Source: a virus (lineage: Duplodnaviria; Caudoviricetes). Taken from it: a stretch of 50,518 nt of DNA. The position numbers and the translations under genes are program-made. The stretch lies in the IMG/VR virus record IMGVR_UViG_3300012683_000004, positions 1 through 50,518 of that record; one strand, written 5' to 3'. Shown here one piece after another: positions 34,884 through 44,253 of this stretch. The stretch's first letter is position 1; each line of letters opens with the position of its first letter. The notes beneath the pieces are model-generated. The model was not told the origin of the DNA. It saw only the letters and a list, made by a program, of their open reading frames with translations, and searched no databases.

Positions 34884-37800
34884 TGCCCTCTAAGTATCAG
34901 ATACCGATTCGATTCAAGTCACTGGTTACGCCACTGTTTCCAGTGTCTATCGTGGTATTTGCGCTACCGATAGCAGCAACACAACTCCCTCCGAATGTAA
35001 TAAGCGTTGCTCCTATTGCCGCTCCGTCGGCAGCAGTAGCTGCTCCAGTCGTATACAGCTATCCAGCTCAGCTGGAAGAAAAGTCTCCGTTTAGGCCGAT
35101 CTTCGTTCGAGTGCTGGCGCCTGGTGTCAGCTTCATTGTTCCGCGGCCGATCATATACAGCTATCCACCATTCGTAAGCACGGCTTCGCCTATCTTCGTG
35201 CGAGCTGTGCCGCCAGTGCAACAGCTGACGCCGAATGCGCCTCCGATAAGGGTGTACGGCTATCCAGCGCCACTAGTTAATAGGGCTGCATTTGACGTTA
35301 AGATAGTGCAACCTGTACCGTTGCCGCCGGTATTCGTACCGACTGTCAACGTTGTGAACGTAGCTATACCGACGACTGCTATCAACACGACGTTCCAGGT
35401 CGCGCACGGGCTATCGCAGATTCCTCAGATTGTGCTGGCTACGCTATCGGGACGGACAGAGGGCGCTAACACGAACGGGAGGCAGCATACCAAGAAGGGC
35501 TTCGGCGCTGCGGTTCTACCACGAGGTGGGGTACTGAAGCAGTACTGCGTAGGTAGCGACTCGGATGACAATAACTCCGTGACGCTAGCAAGCTCCTCGT
35601 TCGAGCCGAACATAGCGTGCGTCATGGCACCTGGAAAGGACCCGAACAGCAAGACGATTGCTGGGGCGTGCGCCATTCAGTCGATAGACGCCACGAACAT
35701 CACGTTCGTTATCAAGACACAGTTCGACCAGAGCTACGAGCTGTTCTTGCAGGTGTTCTCCGGCGACTTGAATATCACCTGGCTAAAGATACAAGACTAT
35801 CAGGCTCCTCTAGCAACAGGCACCCAGGCCATTACAGGAGTCGGGTTCAAGCCAGATTTTGTTCTGTTCTTTGGCCCACATCTGAGCCAGGGTGCTACGC
35901 AAGTCGACCTTGAGGGCGGTAGCGGGATGTTCCTCGGGGCGTGTGACAAGAATCTGAACCAGTGGACGCTAGCTAGTGGCGTGAACGACAACGGTGGCGG
36001 TAGTGCGCCGTCGTCGGCAGGACGAGCTAGAAGTTACATGAGAAGTGGCCAGGCACTCGGTATACTGAGTCGCGATCATAGTGCGTTCAACTCGATAGGG
36101 TCAGTTCAGAGCCTAGACGCAGACGGCTTCACGCTTAACTGGACTATCAGTCTGGACTCTGGACAGTTGACAGGACGCGAGTTCGTTGCGCTATGTGTGC
36201 AGGGGCCAGTGTTCGTGGTGGGTAACTACCTATCCCAGACGGATACGGCTGAGCACCAGGTCGTGAGTGGCATAACTCCTCCAGAGGGGCTACTCATAGC
36301 TAGCGCGAATAAGCCAGCTTCGGCGCTCAACGTACTCGACAGTAACGAGAACTGGTCAGTCGCATTCTGTAAGGACAAGACAGTTCAGCTAGCGCAGTAC
36401 GTTGGACAGAAGGATACCCCGTGGGCTCCGAACACGGTAGCCTACACCGGTATTGAGTATGATGGTAGCTACTTGAATCTCGACACGGCCGGTGCGGTAG
36501 TTGGCAAGGCGGCCGTCTCGACTATCGCCGCGGACGGATTCAAGATCACACATAGCGTAGCCGATGCTGCACAGAACTTTGTTGGCTACGTGGCCTATGC
36601 ACATCCTACACCTCCGGCGATTAGGACGACTGTTATCAAGACAGTCAAGCCTAACGGTGGTGGAGACTATCTCAATCTGAACACAGGAATTCAGACTGAG
36701 GTGCTTAGTCATAAGAATCTGTATCTCGAGAACATCATCCTAGAGTTCGACTGCTATGCCGGTACGGACTCTATGGCGGTTAAGTTCCCGAGCGCCAGCG
36801 ACGCGACGACGGCCGGAAAGGGCTTCATCTCTAGTCCATCTAACTACGTCTACGTGAAAGCTGTTCAAGGTCACGTGGGGTTGATGGACTACAGTGGGAG
36901 TACGTATCTACTCGACCTTGTGAGCACACATAGCTCGAGACCGTTCCAGATGAACATGGAGAACATCTTCCTCGAGCAGCTCCAGATTCGTCTGACGGTC
37001 AGCGACGGTACCGAGGGCGCAGCCTACTCGATGGCGACGTTTGGCCTTGTCGCACCGACGCTGTGGATAATGAAGAACTGCATTGCCAAGGCAGTGCTCT
37101 CGAACAACTCAACTGCGTTCGGCTTCGAGCCACCTAATATACAGTTCGACGTGGCAGGAGTTAAGGCGTACCATATCAACTGTATTGCATACGACTTCTT
37201 GAGTCGTGACAACCAGTTCAGTGGGTTCCAGACGTACAACTGCGGCAACCAGCTGATAGTCCATCTGAACTGCACAGCTGTGAACTGTCAGCAGGGATAC
37301 CAGGACCACGCTGATGTGATAGATCTGAACTGTGCTGCGCTAGGATGCGATAACGGCTGGAACACGGCGCTTGCAGCTACGCACCCTGGGCCGAACCCGC
37401 TAAGCGATTACAACTTTAGCACGACTGGCCCGCCGTCAATAGGAGAAGTGGGTCTACCTGGCACTGATCTCGAGGTCGCTGTCGATCCACACGGTCCGCA
37501 TAGCGGAGGCGGACAGGCTGCGTACTTGCAGGATCTACTCAACGGAGTGCCGATACCCCTACCTGGTGACACCGGCCTTATCGGAAAGGGCGTTAACCTA
37601 TCGGCCAATCCGTACTTCCCATTCAATGTGGACGTACGAAACACAGTACGCACTGTGCCGTGGACAATAGGCGCTTTCCATGTTAGCGCTGCCGCTCCAG
37701 TAGTGCAGGGTGTGTGGTGGGCGTGGGTAGGAGGCGTTACTGATACGCAGGCGACGGTAAAGATTAGGCTGAACGCGGCCTCTGGAGCTGTCAGACTGCG

Positions 37801-39124
37801 AGTTTCGCCGAATCCAACCCTTGTAGGATACACAGAGTACGGTGACGTGGCCACTAATGCCAATAAAGTAGCCACTTTCATTGTCCTTGTAGGCCACGAT
37901 ACACAGTATTACTACCAAGTCTTCATTGGCGGCCTAGCAGTCGGCCCCATTGGGACCTTTAAGAGCTTCCCGCTACTGTCGCAGCCGGCTTCTTTCGTAT
38001 TCGCATGCGGAGGTTGCGCTGAAACTGGCTCGAATACGAATCTTTACACGACTTTGAAGAACCAGAATCCGCTGCTCTACCTAGTTTACGGCGATCTTCA
38101 CTACTGGAACATACTAAACAACGACGTAACGCTGTTCCGTGGAGCGTTCGACGCTGCGATGATCGCCAAAAGGCGTGCTTTGTTCCTGTCTTGCTCGTCA
38201 GATTACGTCTGGGACGACCACGACTTCGGAGCGGATAACACGAGCGGCACCAGTCCGGCCAAACCAGCAGCGCAGGCGGCATATCGAGAGAACTTCCCGG
38301 CCTACGCGCTACCATCGGTAGACGGATCTATCTACCACTCGTTCATAGTGGGTCGCTGTCGGTTTGTCGTGACAGATTTGCGCTCAAATCGCGATGCAGA
38401 CTTCAATCCAGATGGACCTACGCACGTGATGATGGGCGCGACTCAGTTACAGTGGTTCAAGGACCAGCTGATGGCGGCAAAGAGCGCTAAGCAGCTAGTG
38501 TTCTGGTTCTCGACAGTGCCCTGGATAGCGCCGGTGGGCGACAACTTCTCTGACGACTGGGGCGGGTTCGCAACTGAGCGGAAGAATATCAGCGATTTCA
38601 TACAGGCGAACGGTCTTGCGAGTACTCTTATCATCGTGTGTGGTGATATGCACTCGGCAGCGATAGATAACGGCACGCACGATGTCTATACGACTGACGG
38701 CCTAGGCAATCACTGTACAGTGTTCTTGCCGTTCCCCGAGAACCAGACGACACAGATCTACGGCGGCGTGTATACTCAGGGCCCGCTAGCTCACGTTGGC
38801 GCGAGGCTAATGGGCTTTGCGGGGCTAGTGCACGTCACTGACGATAGCCACGTGATCACTGTCACTATGGAGGTCTGGAACGAACTCGGACCTCAGCTAA
38901 CGTTTACGAAGGCGTTTAGCCTCGAGGCTTGCTTCCCAGTAGTAACGTGGCAGATAGACCCTGTCACAGCAGGAGTAAGTGGCGTAGCCTCGTCGTTCAC
39001 AAAGCTCTCAGCCGGCGCTGTGCCCGCATTCACACCGGTTGGCCTATCAGTTCCAGTAAAAACTAAGATCACCCCAGCAGGCACGACGTTCACGCACGTC
39101 ACTGGAGTTGATCCATGTCTATGA
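34883..39124 (+). CDS. Large tail fibre/spike-like protein with beta-helix region and C-terminal PhoD-like metallophosphatase
   Basis: Pro-rich N-terminus; NC.A beta-helix repeats; YGDLHY, WDDHD, DLRS.RD, DDWGGF..ER, GDMH. Confidence 0.85.
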   Translation: MPSKYQIPIRFKSLVTPLFPVSIVVFALPIAATQLPPNVISVAPIAAPSAAVAAPVVYSYPAQLEEKSPFRPIFVRVLAPGVSFIVPRPIIYSYPPFVSTASPIFVRAVPPVQQLTPNAPPIRVYGYPAPLVNRAAFDVKIVQPVPLPPVFVPTVNVVNVAIPTTAINTTFQVAHGLSQIPQIVLATLSGRTEGANTNGRQHTKKGFGAAVLPRGGVLKQYCVGSDSDDNNSVTLASSSFEPNIACVMAPGKDPNSKTIAGACAIQSIDATNITFVIKTQFDQSYELFLQVFSGDLNITWLKIQDYQAPLATGTQAITGVGFKPDFVLFFGPHLSQGATQVDLEGGSGMFLGACDKNLNQWTLASGVNDNGGGSAPSSAGRARSYMRSGQALGILSRDHSAFNSIGSVQSLDADGFTLNWTISLDSGQLTGREFVALCVQGPVFVVGNYLSQTDTAEHQVVSGITPPEGLLIASANKPASALNVLDSNENWSVAFCKDKTVQLAQYVGQKDTPWAPNTVAYTGIEYDGSYLNLDTAGAVVGKAAVSTIAADGFKITHSVADAAQNFVGYVAYAHPTPPAIRTTVIKTVKPNGGGDYLNLNTGIQTEVLSHKNLYLENIILEFDCYAGTDSMAVKFPSASDATTAGKGFISSPSNYVYVKAVQGHVGLMDYSGSTYLLDLVSTHSSRPFQMNMENIFLEQLQIRLTVSDGTEGAAYSMATFGLVAPTLWIMKNCIAKAVLSNNSTAFGFEPPNIQFDVAGVKAYHINCIAYDFLSRDNQFSGFQTYNCGNQLIVHLNCTAVNCQQGYQDHADVIDLNCAALGCDNGWNTALAATHPGPNPLSDYNFSTTGPPSIGEVGLPGTDLEVAVDPHGPHSGGGQAAYLQDLLNGVPIPLPGDTGLIGKGVNLSANPYFPFNVDVRNTVRTVPWTIGAFHVSAAAPVVQGVWWAWVGGVTDTQATVKIRLNAASGAVRLRVSPNPTLVGYTEYGDVATNANKVATFIVLVGHDTQYYYQVFIGGLAVGPIGTFKSFPLLSQPASFVFACGGCAETGSNTNLYTTLKNQNPLLYLVYGDLHYWNILNNDVTLFRGAFDAAMIAKRRALFLSCSSDYVWDDHDFGADNTSGTSPAKPAAQAAYRENFPAYALPSVDGSIYHSFIVGRCRFVVTDLRSNRDADFNPDGPTHVMMGATQLQWFKDQLMAAKSAKQLVFWFSTVPWIAPVGDNFSDDWGGFATERKNISDFIQANGLASTLIIVCGDMHSAAIDNGTHDVYTTDGLGNHCTVFLPFPENQTTQIYGGVYTQGPLAHVGARLMGFAGLVHVTDDSHVITVTMEVWNELGPQLTFTKAFSLEACFPVVTWQIDPVTAGVSGVASSFTKLSAGAVPAFTPVGLSVPVKTKITPAGTTFTHVTGVDPCL

Positions 39125-39786
39125 CGTTGACGCTGCTTCAGCAATACGTGCGAAGGCGGATAGGTAACCCATCTGCTACGGACGTGACTGATGCGACTCT
39201 TGCAGGTCATGTCAACGACGCCTACGAGGAGATTCGAGACAAGTATAAGCACACTCGCGGTCGCGCCAGGGCAACGTTCTCGACAGTGCTCGGGACTGAT
39301 AAGTACCGAATCACTGACGTCACGGAGGTGCTCTACAAGGCGTGGGACAGGACGAACGATCAGGAGCTAGAAGTGGTAGGGATCAATTACCTAGTCGAGA
39401 ACGACTTTATCGACTCGGTACAGGGCAAGCCGGTGAAGGTTGGACGCTTTGAGGACTATATTCAGCTACTTCCCGTCCCAAATGGCGTCTACCAGATTGA
39501 GCTGTACTACAAGGAGAAGTTCACTGCACTGGTGAATAGTAGCGATATTCCTGATCTACCAGATGCGTGGCACAGGGGCATTGGTATTCTCGCGTCGTTT
39601 AACTACTACGATGTAGATGGAAGAGATGCCGCCAAGGCTACGTACCAGATGCAGGTGTACAAGAACTGGCTGACAGACAAGCCAGTCGAGTCGCATGAGG
39701 AGACGGAGGCTATCGACTCTGGGGTCGAGATGCCGTCTCTAGCGAGACAGACAGACAAACGTCTCGACTTCGACCATTCGTCATGA
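39115..39786 (+). CDS. Head-tail adaptor / tail tubular protein A
   Basis: MTL..L...VR, N.AY.EI, L.P.P...Y.I..Y, D.P.LP..WH. Confidence 0.75.
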   Translation: MSMTLTLLQQYVRRRIGNPSATDVTDATLAGHVNDAYEEIRDKYKHTRGRARATFSTVLGTDKYRITDVTEVLYKAWDRTNDQELEVVGINYLVENDFIDSVQGKPVKVGRFEDYIQLLPVPNGVYQIELYYKEKFTALVNSSDIPDLPDAWHRGIGILASFNYYDVDGRDAAKATYQMQVYKNWLTDKPVESHEETEAIDSGVEMPSLARQTDKRLDFDHSS

Positions 39787-39795
39787 GAGGCTGCG

Positions 39796-40239
39796 ATGCC
39801 GTCGTTCGGCATGACTTCTATCAAGGTGCTAGATACTTGCCACCCTATGCTACAGTCGTTGTTTCTAGAGGTGGTGAAGGAATACGACTGCCAGGCGCTC
39901 GTAGGTGCGAGAACGGTGGCCGAGGAGCTCCAAGCAATCAAAGACGGTCGGTCGAAGCTGAGCGATCCGATGACGTCGAGACACGTAATAGGTCCGGGGC
40001 GCACCGTGTCAATGGCGCTAGATGCAGCCCCGTATCCGGTCGTGTGGCCGAGCCTTTTACACATGAAGCTGAACGAGTACACGCACGCAGTGGGAAGATT
40101 CTACCACTTTGCTGGCTACGTGCTTCATGTGGCCCACTCGATGTCGATGCCGATAAGATGGGGTGGAGACTGGAACGGGGACCTGATCTTTACAGATCAG
40201 ACGTTCGATGACCTGGACCACTTTGAGCTGATAGTATGA
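39796..40239 (+). CDS. Endolysin, M15 family peptidase (L-Ala-D-Glu type)
   Basis: HP.L, G.RT..EQ-like, SRH...A.D, IRWGGDW, D..HFE. Confidence 0.9.
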   Translation: MPSFGMTSIKVLDTCHPMLQSLFLEVVKEYDCQALVGARTVAEELQAIKDGRSKLSDPMTSRHVIGPGRTVSMALDAAPYPVVWPSLLHMKLNEYTHAVGRFYHFAGYVLHVAHSMSMPIRWGGDWNGDLIFTDQTFDDLDHFELIV

Positions 40240-40766
40240 CGAATCTGGGACCTGTGGAGGTTCGACCGGGACCGTGGCCGTACTTGATAGCGCTACTCGC
40301 TGGAGGGGCGCTAACATACCTGGTCTTCTGCGTTCAGCGACCGGGCAAGCCGGTTCCTCAGATCGTAACGGTGTACAATACCGTGCACGACACGGTTAGA
40401 TTAGAGGGTCCGAGTATCGTCACCACGGATACGTTGCAGATCGTGGAGCAGGTTACTTTGCACGACACCGTGCAGATACTGATTCCGGCTGATACAGCAA
40501 GGAGGCCAATGCTATGGCCCGTGCTAAACGTTCAAGTTGGGCGATCGAGAGGGGATACTACAACCTCGACCACCTTCAGCTTGCGCTCTGGCCGGTCGGT
40601 AGTGAGCCGGATCTGGACACCAGGGCCCCTGAAGAGCCTATGGGCAGACAGCAGCGGGACGCCGAGGATGGACTTCTACCCGTCCGTCGAGCCAAAAGGG
40701 ATAAGCGCCGCTACTAAGGGATTGTGGGCGGCGATAGGTTTCGGAGTCTGCAAGCTCGCTAAGTAG
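40236..40766 (+). CDS. Membrane-anchored lysis accessory (spanin-like) protein
   Basis: N-terminal TM, (H)DTV repeats, hydrophobic C-terminus; follows the endolysin. Confidence 0.55.
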   Translation: MTNLGPVEVRPGPWPYLIALLAGGALTYLVFCVQRPGKPVPQIVTVYNTVHDTVRLEGPSIVTTDTLQIVEQVTLHDTVQILIPADTARRPMLWPVLNVQVGRSRGDTTTSTTFSLRSGRSVVSRIWTPGPLKSLWADSSGTPRMDFYPSVEPKGISAATKGLWAAIGFGVCKLAK

Positions 40767-40782
40767 TACGAATTTGTACAAG
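40763..40782. promoter_or_regulatory. Palindromic site #8 (one mismatch)
   Basis: GTAGTACGAATTTGTACAAG. Confidence 0.7.
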
Positions 40783-40789
40783 GGGGCGT

Positions 40790-41308
40790 ATGGGTTACTC
40801 TGCGACATGGAATGAGGCGGCGCCAGTAGGTAGCGTAGCGCTGGCGAGCGATCTCGATACCGTCATCCAGCAGCTAAAGCGGGACATTCGAGAGCGGATG
40901 GACCCGCTGTTCAGAATCGCGAACCTGAACACGACGAGTACTTCAGACGTCAGCCTCGCTACGTTCTCGCTACCTGCTAACACGTTGCAGGACGATGGAG
41001 CACAGATCCGCATAGTCGCCGTAGTTCGCGCCGCTACGCAGAACTGTGTGTTCCATAGCAAGTTCGGTGCGACTGACATTGGCAACAGGACCGTTCTTCT
41101 AAACACAGCTATTGTACTTGAGGACGTTGTGGTACGGACCAGTGTCAACACTCAGCGAGCAGCAGCTGTCGGAGCTGCGAATGCCTCCGTAGCGCCAGCA
41201 GAACTTCTATCTGGTGCGGTAACATTAGACTTCCGCGGATCAGTAACTGCTGGAGGTACGCTGACTATTGACAGCATCGAGGTTTGGCAGAGAGGAGTGA
41301 GACCGTAG
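40790..41308 (+). CDS. Putative tail protein
   Basis: W.E..P......D..I..LK.DIRER N-terminus. Confidence 0.65.
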   Translation: MGYSATWNEAAPVGSVALASDLDTVIQQLKRDIRERMDPLFRIANLNTTSTSDVSLATFSLPANTLQDDGAQIRIVAVVRAATQNCVFHSKFGATDIGNRTVLLNTAIVLEDVVVRTSVNTQRAAAVGAANASVAPAELLSGAVTLDFRGSVTAGGTLTIDSIEVWQRGVRP

Positions 41309-42960
41309 TGGCTAGGTCAATAGGTAACGCGAGACCGATTCAGAGCGACCCGCTACCGGCGCCTTTTCGACCGCCAGTAACACCGGAGACGGCACCTCAG
41401 CCACTAACGTTCTTTTCGCCTGGAAAGGGGCTGAATACCAATCTGCCTCTGAATCAGGTCCCCAAGGAGCAGGCGATCTTCATGAAGAATCTGCTCATGG
41501 ATAGGGGACATCTTGCGACAAGAAAGTCAGTCGGGCCGCTAGGCGGCGTGTTTGTTCAGCCGTGCATGGATGCCTTCGATTTCGTTATTGGCTCCGGCAC
41601 TGTCATACCTTTACGATTCACAATAGTTGGCATGGAGAAGTTCGACGGCACCAACTGGGTCGCGATTGCGGGAGTCACGTTCACGGGCAACGCGAACAAC
41701 TATATTGCCGTGACGTCCTTCGGCGAGTCGCTAATGTTCAGCAACGGTGTAGACGGACTCTACATATTCGACCCAACTCTTGGGGCTGCGACGAAGATCA
41801 CAGGCGCCAATGTCCCGAGCGCTCAACATCTGACGACGTTCGGAAACAGGGTCATTGCCACGAACGTCATTGACGACTCGGGTGCTCACCAAACACGGCT
41901 ACGTTGGTCTGTGAAAGACAACAGTCTGTTATGGGATGAAACTGACCCTATCAACCTGGGAGCCGGCTTTGAAGATGTAACGGCGTCTCCAGGGCCGGTA
42001 GTAGATATCTGTCAGGCAACGTTTCCCTTTACAGACCAGTTGGCGCTACTGTTCCGGCTGCGTAGTGTCTGGCTGATCTCTCAGACCGGCGACGTGGACG
42101 CACCGTTCAGGTTCAGTTTGCAGTTTGACGAGATCGGCACGGAATCGCCGTACAGCCTAGCAAGGATACCTGGCGGTGTCATTGGCTGGCTGAGAGACAA
42201 CTTCTATCTGATCTCGCCTCAGGGGCCTACGCAGGTGGGAACAGATATAGCGGATCGGCTATTCTCCGTCATTCAACATCCACTACAGCTATTCGGCCGC
42301 TACGATCCAGTCAGGCAGGAGTACCGCTGCGTCGTGCCGGACGACAACGCAATATATCGCTACTCTCTTCGCGAGAAGGGATGGACTAAAGACGTATATC
42401 CCTTTACTCCAAGAGCTGTAGCACCAACGCGATTTAGGGCGCCTGGTGGCCTGACGATAGATCAGCTGATAGGTACGATAGATGCCCAGGTGGGCACTAT
42501 TGACGACCTGAGTGGAACTGGACTCGTAGACGGGATGTACGTAGTTCAAGGCCCTAGTCAGGGCTACGTCACGCGAGAAGATCCAGCGCAGACGTCCGAC
42601 ATAAACACGCTCGGCAATCCCGTGATAGAGCAGTTTGAGATAGATACGGGGATGATCTCTACAGACACGTACTTGAAGAAGATCCAAGTGAACGAGGTCC
42701 AGATAGAGTATGTGTCTCCAGTCTTCGACGTCACGGTGATTGTAGAGTACTCAACGGACGGGGGAGCGAACTGGTTATCGTTCTCGTCCGTCTTACTAAC
42801 TGCGAGCACGTTTCCGGATATACAATCTATCCGGAAGACGATCGAGGCAAGGCAGCTGCAGTTCAGGTTGCTGAGCTCCTCGCTAGCTGCGCTACCTGAT
42901 AGGTTCCAGCTACTAGGCGTGCATATCTTCACCGAGGTGGGAGCGCTGAAGGAGCCGTGA
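41308..42960 (+). CDS. Tail nozzle / P22 gp10-like stabilisation protein
   Basis: GLN...P....N, F.NG.D, RWS, G..S..S beta-propeller pattern; GAGGAG RBS before GTG 41308. Confidence 0.75.
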   Translation: MARSIGNARPIQSDPLPAPFRPPVTPETAPQPLTFFSPGKGLNTNLPLNQVPKEQAIFMKNLLMDRGHLATRKSVGPLGGVFVQPCMDAFDFVIGSGTVIPLRFTIVGMEKFDGTNWVAIAGVTFTGNANNYIAVTSFGESLMFSNGVDGLYIFDPTLGAATKITGANVPSAQHLTTFGNRVIATNVIDDSGAHQTRLRWSVKDNSLLWDETDPINLGAGFEDVTASPGPVVDICQATFPFTDQLALLFRLRSVWLISQTGDVDAPFRFSLQFDEIGTESPYSLARIPGGVIGWLRDNFYLISPQGPTQVGTDIADRLFSVIQHPLQLFGRYDPVRQEYRCVVPDDNAIYRYSLREKGWTKDVYPFTPRAVAPTRFRAPGGLTIDQLIGTIDAQVGTIDDLSGTGLVDGMYVVQGPSQGYVTREDPAQTSDINTLGNPVIEQFEIDTGMISTDTYLKKIQVNEVQIEYVSPVFDVTVIVEYSTDGGANWLSFSSVLLTASTFPDIQSIRKTIEARQLQFRLLSSSLAALPDRFQLLGVHIFTEVGALKEP

Positions 42961-43262
42961 GAGTTGACCGAGTCATTGACAACACTACCCAGTCGCTCGG
43001 GAGAGTTCTCGACGCACTGGCGAACAACCTCACGCCGGCAGATAACTGGCGTGCAAGGCTCGCGGGACCGATAGTCACACCAGGAGTAGCTGACACGGAG
43101 TTCACGGTAGAGCATAGACTAGGGATCGTTCCTACGCACTACATCTGGAACGTGGATAAGGGCGCAGTAGTTTACGACTCGAGGCGAAACCAGTGGACAG
43201 AATCGCAGCTGTTTCTAAAGTGCAGCTTAGCGACGGCGACAGTCTATCTAATAATCTTGTAA
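42957..43262 (+). CDS. Small tail-module protein
   Basis: F.V.H.LG.VP motif. Confidence 0.65.
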   Translation: MRVDRVIDNTTQSLGRVLDALANNLTPADNWRARLAGPIVTPGVADTEFTVEHRLGIVPTHYIWNVDKGAVVYDSRRNQWTESQLFLKCSLATATVYLIIL

Positions 43263-43762
43263 CTGTCGGTCGCTATCGGCTGAAGATGATGACGTTGTCG
43301 TGGGAGAAGCTACTCCTTATATGGGAACAGATGAAGAGATTCCGTACGCTCTTCAGTGACCTAACGAGAGGTGACCTCGACAACTTCATTCGGTATATCA
43401 CGAACGACGATACGCTATGGCTCGAGATCTGGAAGGATCGGGAGCTCGTGGGGATAGTGACTCTCGAAGATCTCCACCGGATCATAGACTTCGAGACGCA
43501 TATCCTGTTCCTCGACCGCGACATGACAGATAAGCTACCGATCGTGAAGGCTGGAGTGCTGTGGGTCTTCGACAACTTTCCGATCCAGCGGATGAGCGTA
43601 ACGTTGCCGCCGATGTACTTCGCGACGATCAGGCTAGTGAATGAGATAGGATTCAAGCAAGAAGGCAGAAAGAGGGAATCGCTGCTGCTCAACGGCAAGT
43701 GGATCGACCAGTACCTATTCGGACTGACCAGGCGGGAGGCCTACGCAAAGTGTCGTTCCTAA
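43193..43762 (+). CDS. GNAT (RimJ/RimL-like) acetyltransferase
   Basis: IGF..EG..R......W.D...FGL.R.E. Confidence 0.8.
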   Translation: MDRIAAVSKVQLSDGDSLSNNLVTVGRYRLKMMTLSWEKLLLIWEQMKRFRTLFSDLTRGDLDNFIRYITNDDTLWLEIWKDRELVGIVTLEDLHRIIDFETHILFLDRDMTDKLPIVKAGVLWVFDNFPIQRMSVTLPPMYFATIRLVNEIGFKQEGRKRESLLLNGKWIDQYLFGLTRREAYAKCRS

Positions 43763-44244
43763 CAGGGAAGCAGAAGTCAGGTCCGTCGATGCCCCCGGAC
43801 ATCGGCCAACTTCGCCAGAGCTTTGCAGATTTCCTGTCGCAGCAGGGATTCAGCACAGCGATCAACGGCCCGATGGGAGGGCCGACTCTCGACACGTCGC
43901 CGTACAAGGCAATGTTCGCTCAGAACCGAGCGGAGGCGCTAGCCGGTGCGAAGGAGTCGGCAGGCAACTTAACTGGCTCGGGCCTGGGCAACACCATCGG
44001 AGCTGCTGCAGGCCGGAGTGTCGCAGGGGAGAACGCCTTCCTCGCGAACCTACTCAACGCCAATCAGCAGGCAGCGGCAGAGCGGTACACTCGGCTACTC
44101 GGCGGCTTCGCGACTGCAGGCGTCAGCACGCCGCAGACGTACTACCAGCCGGGGTTCCTAGACTATCTATTCCAAGGCGCCGGGAATACAGCTCAAGGCG
44201 CCGGAAATCTCGGCTGGCAACCGTTCGCTGCTGCGGCAGCATAG
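43750..44244 (+). CDS. Internal virion (ejection) protein 1
   Basis: Gly/Ala/Gln-rich; GGAGG RBS; synteny. Confidence 0.65.
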   Translation: MSFLTGKQKSGPSMPPDIGQLRQSFADFLSQQGFSTAINGPMGGPTLDTSPYKAMFAQNRAEALAGAKESAGNLTGSGLGNTIGAAAGRSVAGENAFLANLLNANQQAAAERYTRLLGGFATAGVSTPQTYYQPGFLDYLFQGAGNTAQGAGNLGWQPFAAAAA

Positions 44245-44253
44245 GGAGACGAC

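Noticed and set aside
43193-43762. GNAT gene as a novel toxin
   Set aside because: GNAT-like genes between nozzle and ejection proteins are common in podovirus-like tail modules.
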